A stretch of DNA of 64,000 nucleotides from an uncultured Spirochaetota bacterium (GTDB lineage Bacteria; Spirochaetota; Brevinematia; Brevinematales; JAOACQ01): assembly GCA_963768055.1 (NCBI GenBank), contig CAVYGN010000002.1, positions 1,280,001 to 1,344,000 on the forward strand. Direction: 5' to 3'. Positions 1 through 9,208 of this stretch are shown piece by piece. The notes under the pieces were generated by a model, which saw only the letters and a list, made by a program, of their open reading frames with translations, was not told the origin of the DNA and searched no databases. The translations under genes were made by a program, and so were the position numbers. The first letter of the stretch is position 1; each line of letters starts with the position of its first letter.

Positions 1-676
1 ATTGATAGGTCATTGAAAGTTCATCGGTAAATGCTGAAATATACTCTTTCATATTGACGCTTGTGTGGTTTTGAGCCTCCTGCAGTATTTCATGAACATG
101 GGCTATCGCTAAAACCCTGTTCTTAATATCGGCAATGGCGGTCCTGCAGCAGTTTTCTTTTTCCATGTTCATCTGTAAGCTCATGATGCTTGAAATGATC
201 TGAAGGTTATTCTTGATCCGGTGGTGAATTTCCTTCATAAGATATTCCTTTTCATCGATCGCTTTCTTAAGGTTTGTTTGAAACTCCTTTCTTTCAATAG
301 AATAACAGATTGTCCTGATCAGAAGTTCCTTATCGAACTCGCCTTTTACCAGATAATCCTGCGCGCCATGCGAGAGAGCTTCCATCCATGCCGATTCGTC
401 GGATAAGCCTGTAAGAATAAGCACAGCAAGATCCGGAAACCTTGAGTTAATTTTATCGAATGTATCGATCCCGCTATTGTCCGGTAAAGACAGGTCCAGT
501 AATACGATATCGTATCTTTTTACCGTGAGCAATTTTAACCCGTCGTTTAAGTAACAGACTGCGTCCGGCGGATTATTAAGGCCTGAATCTTTGAGCATGG
601 TGCCTATTAAAACCTGGTCGCCCCTGTTGTCCTCGATTAAAAGTACCTTTAAATTCTTATATTCATGGAAAGCCAT
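1..676 (-). CDS. Response-regulator receiver + HisKA_2 histidine kinase (3' end runs off window)
   Basis: Manual translation: MAFHEYKNLKVLLIEDNRGD... receiver start, then ...EIHHRIKNNLQIISS, the HisKA_2 H-box; not in ORF track because it is open at the window edge. Confidence 0.85.
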   Translation of the reverse strand, partial: MAFHEYKNLKVLLIEDNRGDQVLIGTMLKDSGLNNPPDAVCYLNDGLKLLTVKRYDIVLLDLSLPDNSGIDTFDKINSRFPDLAVLILTGLSDESAWMEALSHGAQDYLVKGEFDKELLIRTICYSIERKEFQTNLKKAIDEKEYLMKEIHHRIKNNLQIISSIMSLQMNMEKENCCRTAIADIKNRVLAIAHVHEILQEAQNHTSVNMKEYISAFTDELSMTYQ

Positions 677-930
677 AAACCCTGCCGCTGAATTATTGGT
701 TATTGTTTCTTCGCTTTAAAAATATCCATTATTTATTTGATAGTCAAGCGATGAAGCGCATGAATTTGTCGAAGTGAAATCTTGCTGCATGGGAATGGCT
801 CGAAAACTTTCGGATTAAAAAATTAATTTTTGGTCAGGTTTTTTATAAATTATTTGACAAACTATTACGCCGTATATAGTTTTATAGTAAACAAAAATAG
901 TGTTTATAAATTTAATTTTCCGGAGGCGTT

Positions 931-2304
931 ATGGATGACGGCGTATTGGAAGATATCAAGAAGGAAAATTTAAATAAACGTATGAACTTCTTCATCGTGA
1001 TACAGAAGATGTTCAAGGGATATCCTATAGAAATCGGTTTTTTTGACTGCGCTTTTCAGCCCCTGGCTCCTACTTCATTTACTTCCGAAACGGCGAGGCT
1101 TATAGCAAACCTCAGCGGGCAGAAAAAACTGAACATTAAAAAAGATATGAACTACTATTATTTTTCAAAGGTGATATCGTCTGAAAATCTGCCGGCTGAA
1201 GATTTTCCCGACGGTTTTTTCCTTAAGGAATTTCCATCGGAGTTTTATGTCATCGGCAAGGTGGAACATGAAAGCGTTAAATTCGAATTTCTCTTTCGCA
1301 TAATTGAAATGATGGTTGAGATGAATATAAGGAATATCCAGGAACAGGGTATAGCTTCCGGCCTCTTCCGCCAGGCCCTTCAGAATACTATAGATGAATT
1401 GAAAAAATACAACGACAGGGAAATCGAACTTCGCACTTCTTTTCAAAAATATATCCCCGCCAGGGTAGTCAACGAGATCATGAGCAAAAATAAAAACGAT
1501 CTGATGAAGGGGCAGATCAGCGAAGTAACTATCCTGTTTACCGATATCAGAGGATTTTCCTCCCTGGCGGAAAAATATTCGACAGAAAATGTAGTTTCTA
1601 TGCTTAACGACTACTTTTCATTTATGATAGATATTGTGCTTGAAAACGGGGGGGATATATATAAATTCATGGGAGACGGGATGATGGCGGTTTTTGAAAG
1701 CGGAAAAGATAATGCGTTCAAGGCTTTGAATACTGCCCTGCAGATAAAAAAGGGACTGGTATCTTTTAATGATAAAAGGAAGAAGAACGATCAATTTCTA
1801 ATAAATATGGGGATCGGAATCCATACAGGAAAGGTTCTGATCGGAAATATCGGAAATGAAAAACGAAGCGATTATACCTTGATCGGGGATGCTGTAAACA
1901 TAGCGAGCAGGCTGGAAAACCTGACTATAAAATATAACGCCTTCCTGGTAATTACAGATACAACGTATAAATTGATCCAGGACAGGATTGTCGCGAGGGA
2001 ACTTGACAGTATCAGGCTCCGGGGCAGGAAATCCCCTCTCGTTATTTATGACGTCCTTGGTTACCAGGACGAGATCAATGACACGATCATTTCCGCTCTC
2101 AAGGAATATAACCAGGGCCTGATACAGTACAGGATAAAAAGATGGGAAGGCGCGATGGTCCATTTTAACAAAGTCTTGAGCTATTTGAACGAAGACGAAC
2201 CCTCGAATATCTACCTGAAACGCTGCACATTTTATTATTCGAACCCGCCGTCTGAAGAATGGGACGGCGTGATAGATTCGGAAAACCTGGGGTATGATTT
2301 TTAA
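931..2304 (+). CDS. Class III adenylate/guanylate cyclase with C-terminal TPR-like tail
   Basis: ILFTDIRGFS, KFMGDG, GIGIHTG, DYTLIGDAVNIASRLE motifs; C-terminal PP..WDGV; GGAGG RBS. Confidence 0.93.
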   Translation: MDDGVLEDIKKENLNKRMNFFIVIQKMFKGYPIEIGFFDCAFQPLAPTSFTSETARLIANLSGQKKLNIKKDMNYYYFSKVISSENLPAEDFPDGFFLKEFPSEFYVIGKVEHESVKFEFLFRIIEMMVEMNIRNIQEQGIASGLFRQALQNTIDELKKYNDREIELRTSFQKYIPARVVNEIMSKNKNDLMKGQISEVTILFTDIRGFSSLAEKYSTENVVSMLNDYFSFMIDIVLENGGDIYKFMGDGMMAVFESGKDNAFKALNTALQIKKGLVSFNDKRKKNDQFLINMGIGIHTGKVLIGNIGNEKRSDYTLIGDAVNIASRLENLTIKYNAFLVITDTTYKLIQDRIVARELDSIRLRGRKSPLVIYDVLGYQDEINDTIISALKEYNQGLIQYRIKRWEGAMVHFNKVLSYLNEDEPSNIYLKRCTFYYSNPPSEEWDGVIDSENLGYDF

Positions 2305-2307
2305 GCG

Positions 2308-2589
2308 TTCAAACAATATACTGAATTCTTTAGGAAACAATATTTTTATCGAGCAGTACTCGAATGCTTGAGCTGCAACGGCTCAAAACGGCAGCAAGCG
2401 TTGATTGAATGCTTTTTTATTAAAGAAATTTTTATCATCTGTATGAATAGATTAAATACAATGAACGGTCTCGGATAAACGCCTGCTTCGCCGTTTTTCG
2501 CCGGCAGCTCTTATACCCTCCGGGCACAAGCGCTCTTCGTAAGGCTCGATAAAAAAATTGTTTTCCACAAAATTTTATATTGTTTTGAA
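2308..2589. repeat. Long nested-hairpin intergenic element, copy 1
   Basis: Four nested inverted arms (ttcaaacaatata/tatattgttttgaa; ggaaacaatatttttatcgagc/gctcgataaaaaaattgttttcc; gagctgc/gcagctc; aaaacggcagcaagcgtt/aacgcctgcttcgccgtttt); homologous to 46901-47167. Confidence 0.85.
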
Positions 2590-2654
2590 TCGGCAGGAAT
2601 GGGGGGTCTCCGTAACTTCCCGTAAAACCTGTGTAAAATATTTTAATAAAATAC

Positions 2655-2688
2655 TTGAATTTTTGTAAATAACTTTGTAATATAAAGT
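2655..2688 (+). promoter_or_regulatory. Sigma70-type promoter overlapped by palindromic operator ACTTT-N7-AAAGT
   Basis: TTGAAT(2655)-17bp-TAATAT(2678); actttgtaatataaagt at 2672-2688. Confidence 0.65.
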
Positions 2689-2707
2689 AGAAAGGATAGG
2701 AGTTTTT

Positions 2708-3262
2708 ATGCAGGACGAGAGTGTAAATCAATTTGAGAAGCTGGTTGAAAAAAGAAGCGCCAGGGGCAAGATTGCGGGCGGGGAGGTTTTCGCCTTCTGG
2801 GGCATATTGAATTTGATTGGATACTTTACTTATTTCTTTTTATGGACTTCAATAATAGTATGGGTGATAATGATGGTGATAGGGGTAATTGTTCAAATAT
2901 TTTATGTGGAGCGAATTAAAAAAAAAGACGGCTATCAATTATTCTGGACAGGGATAATCAATCAATTATGGCTTTTCATACTCGTCCTATTGCCGTTTCT
3001 TTTTTATATTTTCCCGTTTGTATTTAAAATTTATTCACCGATTGCAATATTCCCTTTAATATTTCTGTGGCTTTCGATCGGATCTTTGATAACAGGCCTG
3101 ATCGTTGAACAATTGAGCTTTACGCTGGGAGGGTTAATATTATTTGTGTCATCGATTTTACTCGTTTTATTTATTGACGAACTGATTATAATTTACCCAG
3201 CTACAATAACAGCAGGCGTTATCATACCGGGTATCTGGAGCAGGTATGAAGAAAAAAAGTGA
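2708..3262 (+). CDS. Multi-pass membrane protein (paralog of 3580-4143)
   Basis: ~6 hydrophobic segments; shares EKR..F..WG.I and G.IIPGI...EEK motifs with the downstream paralog. Confidence 0.8.
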   Translation: MQDESVNQFEKLVEKRSARGKIAGGEVFAFWGILNLIGYFTYFFLWTSIIVWVIMMVIGVIVQIFYVERIKKKDGYQLFWTGIINQLWLFILVLLPFLFYIFPFVFKIYSPIAIFPLIFLWLSIGSLITGLIVEQLSFTLGGLILFVSSILLVLFIDELIIIYPATITAGVIIPGIWSRYEEKK

Positions 3263-3587
3263 AGAAAGAGAGGAGTCAGAGTACTATCTTGACAGTCTCT
3301 TAACTACTGAAATCCGTTTTTTCTTAATGACTATCCTGGCTATGTACGATTCGGCGGATTTTAATTTTTTAAAAAATGAACTTTCGGCAAGCGATGGAAA
3401 CTTAAGCGTGAATCTTACAAAACTTGAAGATGCGGGATATATTTCATCTAAAAAGGAATTCGTGGGGAAAAAACCTAAAACAACCTATAAAATAACCGAC
3501 CTTGGGCTGGAAAAGCTGTCAATGCATATAAACAAGATCGACAGCTTCAAACAATTGCTTGATATTAAGGAGAAAACAGATGGATAA
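3246..3587 (+). CDS. Winged-helix transcriptional regulator (HTH_34 / ArsR-MarR-like)
   Basis: ADFNFLKNEL.ASDGNLSVNLTKLEDAGYI..KKEFVGKKPKTTYKIT.LG is typical of this family. Confidence 0.9.
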   Translation: MKKKSEEREESEYYLDSLLTTEIRFFLMTILAMYDSADFNFLKNELSASDGNLSVNLTKLEDAGYISSKKEFVGKKPKTTYKITDLGLEKLSMHINKIDSFKQLLDIKEKTDG

Positions 3588-4143
3588 AACGTTTGATAAA
3601 CTCAAGGATTTGATAGAAAAACGGAAAGTAAGGATAAAAAATTCGGGAAGTGAAATTTTTATTATTTGGGGCGTGATCTTATTGGCGGGTTATATTGTCA
3701 AGGCATTTATTATTAAATCAGAATGGGTTTTTCTCATTACGATGATTTCGGGAATCATAGCTCAGGTAGCCTTTATTGCGGTAAAAAAGAAGGCTAAAGG
3801 ACATGAATTATTGTGGAATAACACTATGAGTATCATGTGGATTTATACTATTCTTATTATTATTTTGCTGGGGGAGGTTTTTCCGGTTTATTTTAAGCTT
3901 TATTCCGACCAGGCCGGAACAGTCCTTATTTATCTCTTTGTTTGTCCGGCATTGTTCATATCCGGCCTATGGCTTAAAAAATGGAGCATAAAATTAAGCT
4001 GCTTTGTTTTTATCCTGGCTTCCATTTTTATGGTCCTGCCTTTTCCTGAAAATAAAACGATAGTCATTATTGCGGTCATCATTCTGGGGCTTATCATTCC
4101 TGGAATAGCGGGAAAACTGGAAGAAAAATACTCTCGGAATTAA
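3580..4143 (+). CDS. Multi-pass membrane protein (paralog of 2708-3262)
   Basis: Start moved to ATG 3580 after AAGGAG RBS; ~6 TM segments. Confidence 0.8.
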   Translation: MDKTFDKLKDLIEKRKVRIKNSGSEIFIIWGVILLAGYIVKAFIIKSEWVFLITMISGIIAQVAFIAVKKKAKGHELLWNNTMSIMWIYTILIIILLGEVFPVYFKLYSDQAGTVLIYLFVCPALFISGLWLKKWSIKLSCFVFILASIFMVLPFPENKTIVIIAVIILGLIIPGIAGKLEEKYSRN

Positions 4144-4371
4144 AGCGGCATTGAAGATGCTTTCACCGAACCGGCCGGCAAATCGCTTTATTCGATTTAT
4201 TCCCCTTCTCATCATCAAATAACGCCTTCTCATCAAGAAAAGCTATGCAGTCATACTATCCGAATGTTATAATAACTTATCCCAACTTATGAAATCAGGA
4301 ATATTTAAAGCATTTTGGATTGATAATTTGAATTCTTATTGAGATCAAGGAAAATATTTTTTTCAAATCTA

Positions 4372-4405
4372 TTGACAAAATCAAAAGTACTTTATATAAT
4401 AAAGC
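4372..4405 (+). promoter_or_regulatory. Consensus sigma70 promoter overlapped by operator ACTTT-N7-AAAGC
   Basis: TTGACA(4372-4377)-17bp-TATAAT(4395-4400); actttatataataaagc at 4389-4405. Confidence 0.8.
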
Positions 4406-4440
4406 ATATTCATATTATAAAGCTGATTTTGGGATGTTTT

Positions 4441-5673
4441 ATGAAAAAACAAATAATTTTATTCTCGATAATTTTCATTTTTTCAAATGCAGGGGCAGCA
4501 GTGACTATAAATAAAATTAAGGTTATCGGGAATACTCATACGCAAACGGAAACCATACTGGCGTTTGTGCCGGAACTGAAAGAAAAAAGCGAATATAACG
4601 AAGAGGAATTGACCAATATTATTAAAAGAGGCAAAGAGAGGCTGGATATCACGGGCTGGTTTTACAGCACGGAAATTTATATAACTCCTTCGCAGGAGGG
4701 AACCAATTTCAGGAACATTGTCATAGAAGTGGCCGACGGTTTTTTAATCCGTCCCGGCGGAGGCGCTATATACGGTGTTTACGGCATGGATAATATATAT
4801 GGCAACGGTGAGTTTTACTCTGTAGATTTGGGATGGAATGCGCAATATATCGATTTCGGGAGCTATTTTGTTAATAAAGATGTGTTTTTTAAAATCGGCC
4901 TTGGAAATATGCCGTCAGGCTTTTATACAAATACGGAAACGAATGCATATAATTGGAATTCAATACAAAATATCGGAAGTTATCAGGAGATCGGGTGCAG
5001 GTTCAATTATGATTTCAGCCTTAGTTTATCGAATACCGTAAATTATATTTTTTCGGATAATTACTCCTGCATAGGCGGTTACGATTCTATAAGCGTCGCA
5101 GCCCTGCTTGATGCCAGGCCGGATATTTACTCTTCATCCCATGGATATTTTGCCGGGATTACATACAGTTATATCTTTCCATTTGAATCTTGCCTGTATC
5201 CTTTCAACCGTTTTAAATTTGAGGCTGACAAGTATATTTCAATAATTCCAGGATATGATAATTTGACCCTGGCTTTAAAATTAGATGGGCAGTTCCAGGA
5301 TAACGAAACACAGATCTATTATCCGGATTATTTGAAGCTTTCGCTTGCCGGGATCGACGGAATAAGAAGCTTGAACGACCCGGATTTAATTGGAAATATT
5401 TTGCTGGACGGCCATGCTGAATTACGCTGGGATTTTTTTCAAACCGCGTTTTTCGGGATTTTTAATATGGATTTCGAGATACTGTCATTTTTTGATACGG
5501 GCGAGGCCGCAGAAGGCGCCGAGTATTTTACCCGGGATAAAATCCAATACGCCTACGGGGCAGGCCTGAGAATATTTTTCAGGGAGCCTATCTATATTCC
5601 TTTAAGATTCGAATTCGGATGGGATAAATTGGGCGATATGTCGTTTTTTTTCAGCATGAGCGCGCCTTTTTAA
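4441..5673 (+). CDS. Omp85/BamA-TamA family outer-membrane protein with one POTRA domain
   Basis: Signal peptide MKKQIILFS...AGA; POTRA start INKIKVIGNTHT; barrel motifs AELRW, FFDTG, YGAGLRI, PLRFEFGW; terminal Phe. Start set at 4441 because the promoter lies in the ORF-track extension. Confidence 0.85.
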   Translation: MKKQIILFSIIFIFSNAGAAVTINKIKVIGNTHTQTETILAFVPELKEKSEYNEEELTNIIKRGKERLDITGWFYSTEIYITPSQEGTNFRNIVIEVADGFLIRPGGGAIYGVYGMDNIYGNGEFYSVDLGWNAQYIDFGSYFVNKDVFFKIGLGNMPSGFYTNTETNAYNWNSIQNIGSYQEIGCRFNYDFSLSLSNTVNYIFSDNYSCIGGYDSISVAALLDARPDIYSSSHGYFAGITYSYIFPFESCLYPFNRFKFEADKYISIIPGYDNLTLALKLDGQFQDNETQIYYPDYLKLSLAGIDGIRSLNDPDLIGNILLDGHAELRWDFFQTAFFGIFNMDFEILSFFDTGEAAEGAEYFTRDKIQYAYGAGLRIFFREPIYIPLRFEFGWDKLGDMSFFFSMSAPF

Positions 5674-5711
5674 TATAGAGGATAGATAAAAATGATTACG
5701 TGGAGGCAATC

Positions 5712-6461
5712 ATGAAAAATATTATAATAACAATGATATTTGTTTGTTTATATGCCGGGAGGGTATTCCCGACAACCTTCGATGAGTGCAGTTCGCTTGA
5801 AATGTTTTTCGGGAAAGGCCCGGCGGCCTTACATCAAAAGATCGGCGAATACGAGGCCAGGTTAAAGGCCGATAGCGGCGATTATTATGCCGACCTTGCG
5901 CTTGGGATCCTTTACTTCGGCCTGGCATACCCGGCGGATAATAACGAAAAGGGAGCGGGCCAGAAGGCGATAGATTATACCGACAAATTCCTGTCCAGGG
6001 AACATGACAATCCACTGGCTATGATTTACAATGGTGGGGGCCATGGGTTCATCGCCAGGGATTCCGGCAATATCTTTGTAAAAATGCTCGAGGTAAATAA
6101 AGCCTTAGGAATAGAAGACAAAGCCGTAACTTTAGCCCAAGGAAAAAGTTACGAATGGAATATCCGTTTCTTACGCGCTAATTTCTTTATGAACCTCCCG
6201 GATTTCTATAAAAAAAGGGATACGGCGGTAAAAGATTACAGGTTTATCGAAACCGAATATGATAAAAATACCAATAATCATAATATTGAAGGGATCATGG
6301 GCACAGTTTATTTCTATCTCGGCGAAATAGAAAAATCCAATACGAATATCGATAAAGCCGTTGAATACTGGAAAAGATCCGTCAGGTTGAACGCCAGGTA
6401 TTCTTTTAATTCATATGAAGCCAGAAAGGCCAAAAAAGAACTGGAAACCTTATCCGATTAA
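5712..6461 (+). CDS. Secreted TPR-like helical protein, paralog A
   Basis: GGAGG RBS, signal peptide, TPR-like YFYLGEIEK...DKAVEYWKRS; highly similar to next gene. Confidence 0.8.
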   Translation: MKNIIITMIFVCLYAGRVFPTTFDECSSLEMFFGKGPAALHQKIGEYEARLKADSGDYYADLALGILYFGLAYPADNNEKGAGQKAIDYTDKFLSREHDNPLAMIYNGGGHGFIARDSGNIFVKMLEVNKALGIEDKAVTLAQGKSYEWNIRFLRANFFMNLPDFYKKRDTAVKDYRFIETEYDKNTNNHNIEGIMGTVYFYLGEIEKSNTNIDKAVEYWKRSVRLNARYSFNSYEARKAKKELETLSD

Positions 6462-6491
6462 TGATATAATTTTTAGTTAAAGGAGTTATTT

Positions 6492-7241
6492 ATGAAAAGG
6501 ATTATTGCAGCAGCGGTTTTTTTGTGTATGTATGCCGGGTCTGTATTTCCGACTACCTTCGATGAGTGCAGCGGGCTCATAATGTATTTCGGGAAAGGCC
6601 CCGCGGTTTTACATCAAAAGATCGGCGAATACGAGAAGAAGTTAAAAACCGATTCTAACGATTATTATGCCGAACTGGCGCTTGGGATCCTTTACCTGCC
6701 GCTGGCATACCCGGCGGATAGTCATGAAAGCGGCGCCCTTCAAAAATTGATCGATTACACCGGCAAATTCCTGGCAAGGGAACCTGAAAATCCCCTGGCT
6801 CTGATCTATAACGGCGAGGGGCATGGACTTGCTGCCAGGGACACTAACGATCTGCTGGTTAAAATATTCGAGGCCAATAAAGGTGTGGAAGTATGCGATA
6901 AAGCCGTAAAACTTGCCGCGGGAAAAAGTTACGAATGGAATATCCGTTTCTTGAGGGCGAACAGCTATGTAAACTACCCGGAATTTTTCAAAAAAAAGGA
7001 TGTGGCGGCAGCCGATTACCGGTTTGTTGAAACCGAATACAATAAAAATACTAACGATCAGTACATGGAAGGTGTAATGGGCTCAGTTTACTTCTATCTC
7101 GGCGAAATAGAAAAATCCAATACGAATATGGATAAAGCGGTCTTGTACTGGAAAAAATCGGTTAAAATAAACACCAAGTATTCTAACGATTCATATGAAG
7201 CCAGGAAAGCAAAAAAAGAGCTTGAAACTTTTACGGATTAA
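6492..7241 (+). CDS. Secreted TPR-like helical protein, paralog B
   Basis: AGGAG RBS, signal peptide, same PTTFDECS start and SYEARKAKKELET end as paralog A. Confidence 0.8.
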   Translation: MKRIIAAAVFLCMYAGSVFPTTFDECSGLIMYFGKGPAVLHQKIGEYEKKLKTDSNDYYAELALGILYLPLAYPADSHESGALQKLIDYTGKFLAREPENPLALIYNGEGHGLAARDTNDLLVKIFEANKGVEVCDKAVKLAAGKSYEWNIRFLRANSYVNYPEFFKKKDVAAADYRFVETEYNKNTNDQYMEGVMGSVYFYLGEIEKSNTNMDKAVLYWKKSVKINTKYSNDSYEARKAKKELETFTD

Positions 7242-7290
7242 TAAAGTTAATGATGGGGGGCGTCCCTATAAAACAAAAAAGGAGAATAAA

Positions 7291-7953
7291 ATGTTCATAA
7301 GCGTAAACAATGTATCAAAAACCTATAAAATGGATAAGGTTGAGATCCAGGCGTTAAAGAACGTAAGTCTTGATATCGAGGCCGGGGATTTTATCTGCCT
7401 TATGGGACCAAGCGGAGCCGGTAAATCCACCCTTCTTCATATAATAGGATGTATCGAGAACCCGACAGAGGGGGATGTGATAATTCATGGCAGCAATGTA
7501 AAAAAAATGAAAGATAAAACCCTTTCGCTTTTCAGGAACGCTCACATAGGCTTCATCTTTCAGAGTTTTAATCTGTTATCAGTTTTGACAGTTTATGAAA
7601 ATGTGGAATATCCCCTGATGATCAGAGGGGGTAAAGTGGACAGGGAACATGTCATTTCAGTTATCGAATCGGTCGGCCTCAAGGACTACATGAAACACAG
7701 GCCTGACGAGCTTTCAGGAGGACAGAGGCAGAGAGTGGCGGTAGCCAGGGCGCTTGTGACAAGTCCTGACATAATAATAGCAGATGAGCCGACAGCTAAT
7801 CTCGATTCCAAAACCGGCGACAGGATCATAGACCTGCTCCTCGATTTAAACAGGAAGTCCAATACAGCATTCCTGTTTTCGACCCATAACGAAGCCGTCT
7901 CAAAATATGCTAAACGCATAGTGCATATTCTGGATGGGGAATTTCAGGACTAA
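7291..7953 (+). CDS. ABC transporter ATP-binding protein (LolD/MacB-like)
   Basis: Walker A GPSGAGKST, IGFIFQSFNL, LSGGQRQRVAVARAL, ADEPTANLD; start after GGAG RBS. Confidence 0.95.
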   Translation: MFISVNNVSKTYKMDKVEIQALKNVSLDIEAGDFICLMGPSGAGKSTLLHIIGCIENPTEGDVIIHGSNVKKMKDKTLSLFRNAHIGFIFQSFNLLSVLTVYENVEYPLMIRGGKVDREHVISVIESVGLKDYMKHRPDELSGGQRQRVAVARALVTSPDIIIADEPTANLDSKTGDRIIDLLLDLNRKSNTAFLFSTHNEAVSKYAKRIVHILDGEFQD

Positions 7954-7971
7954 CACAACAGGGAGGATCAG

Positions 7972-9195
7972 ATGTTTTATTTCAAGATCGGGTTCAGGAA
8001 TATAATAAAGAATATAAGAAAAACCTCGCTTACAATGGCGACGCTTGTTGTAGGAATGGCGGCGCTTCTGGTCTACAGCGGTAATAATACAAATATGTTC
8101 AGAAATATGAGGGAGATGCTGATTAAAACACAGTACGGGCATTTCCAGGTCTATGCAAAGGGCTTTTTGCAATACGGGAAAGATTTTCCCTTTGACTATC
8201 TTATAGGCGATTATAAAAAGGCTGCTCTAGAAATAAAAAGGATACCGGAAGTCAAATTCGTCGCGCCGAGGCTGTCCTTTACTGGGTTGATTTCAGGAGA
8301 CAAACTAAGCACAGTAGTAATGGGGCTTGCAGGCAGCCCTGAAGAGGAAAAATTGATGAATTCGTCCCTTATAACAAACGGCGATTTTATAAGCTCCGAC
8401 GATCCCTCGGGAATAGTCGCCGGGGATAACCTGCTGCGTAAGCTTTCCGGGGGCCCGGGAGACAGCTTTACGATAATGACCACCATGAAAGGTGGCGGTA
8501 TAAATGGTATGGATGCGACGGTCAGGGGGGTCAGAAAAGGCTTCGGGGAGTTCGACCAGATCGGTAAAATGTTCGTTCTGGCCAACATTGAAAGAGTTCA
8601 AAAGCTCCTGAATGTAGGCGATTCCGCAGGAAGTTTGGTCGTAATGCTGAACAAGACTGAGGATGTCACGAAAGCGGAAAAGCGGATCAGTTCAATATGC
8701 AATAAATTCGGGCTTGAATACAGAAGATGGGACCAGCTGGCGGTATTTTATAAAAGCGTAAAGGCAATGTACGATATGAATATCCTGATCATCACGATCA
8801 TCATACTGGCAATCCTGGTCTTTATAATAGCGAATACGATGTCGATGAACCTTCTTGAAAGAATACGCGAGATCGGGACTATCAGGGCGCTGGGTACGAC
8901 AAGGATGAAAGTTGTCAATATTTTCCTTGCTGAAAGCGCGTTGATAGGGGTCATCGGAAGTATAGCGGGCGCTTTCTTCGGATTACTGCTCGCCGCAGTA
9001 ATAAATGCAAGCGGGGGTATTTATCATGAGGCCAATATGTATGCTCCCAACGGCTATACTACTTTTATCGAACCCGAAACCCTGGGAATAATCGTTTATA
9101 TTGTCCTCTTTATAATAATTGCAGTGGTCTCCGCGTTTGCAACAGCCCGAAAGGCTTCGAAAATGGCAATTGCCGACGCCCTGAGATGGATTTAA
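7972..9195 (+). CDS. ABC permease, FtsX/LolE-MacB family (paralog 1)
   Basis: N-terminal RN..KN.RK + TM, periplasmic domain, ERIREIGTIRALG motif, C-terminal TMs. Confidence 0.92.
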   Translation: MFYFKIGFRNIIKNIRKTSLTMATLVVGMAALLVYSGNNTNMFRNMREMLIKTQYGHFQVYAKGFLQYGKDFPFDYLIGDYKKAALEIKRIPEVKFVAPRLSFTGLISGDKLSTVVMGLAGSPEEEKLMNSSLITNGDFISSDDPSGIVAGDNLLRKLSGGPGDSFTIMTTMKGGGINGMDATVRGVRKGFGEFDQIGKMFVLANIERVQKLLNVGDSAGSLVVMLNKTEDVTKAEKRISSICNKFGLEYRRWDQLAVFYKSVKAMYDMNILIITIIILAILVFIIANTMSMNLLERIREIGTIRALGTTRMKVVNIFLAESALIGVIGSIAGAFFGLLLAAVINASGGIYHEANMYAPNGYTTFIEPETLGIIVYIVLFIIIAVVSAFATARKASKMAIADALRWI

Positions 9196-9208
9196 AGGAG
9201 AATAAATT

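Noticed and set aside
2308..2589. 6S, SRP, tmRNA or RNase P identity for the long hairpin
   Set aside because: Multi-copy, longer than typical 6S, and no diagnostic motifs recognised; an Rfam scan is needed to exclude formally
2435..2731. 98-aa - strand ORF across the hairpin element
   Set aside because: No RBS or motif; overlaps a promoter and the repeat
4339..4440. N-terminal extension of the Omp85 ORF
   Set aside because: Contains the consensus promoter; the signal peptide starts at 4441
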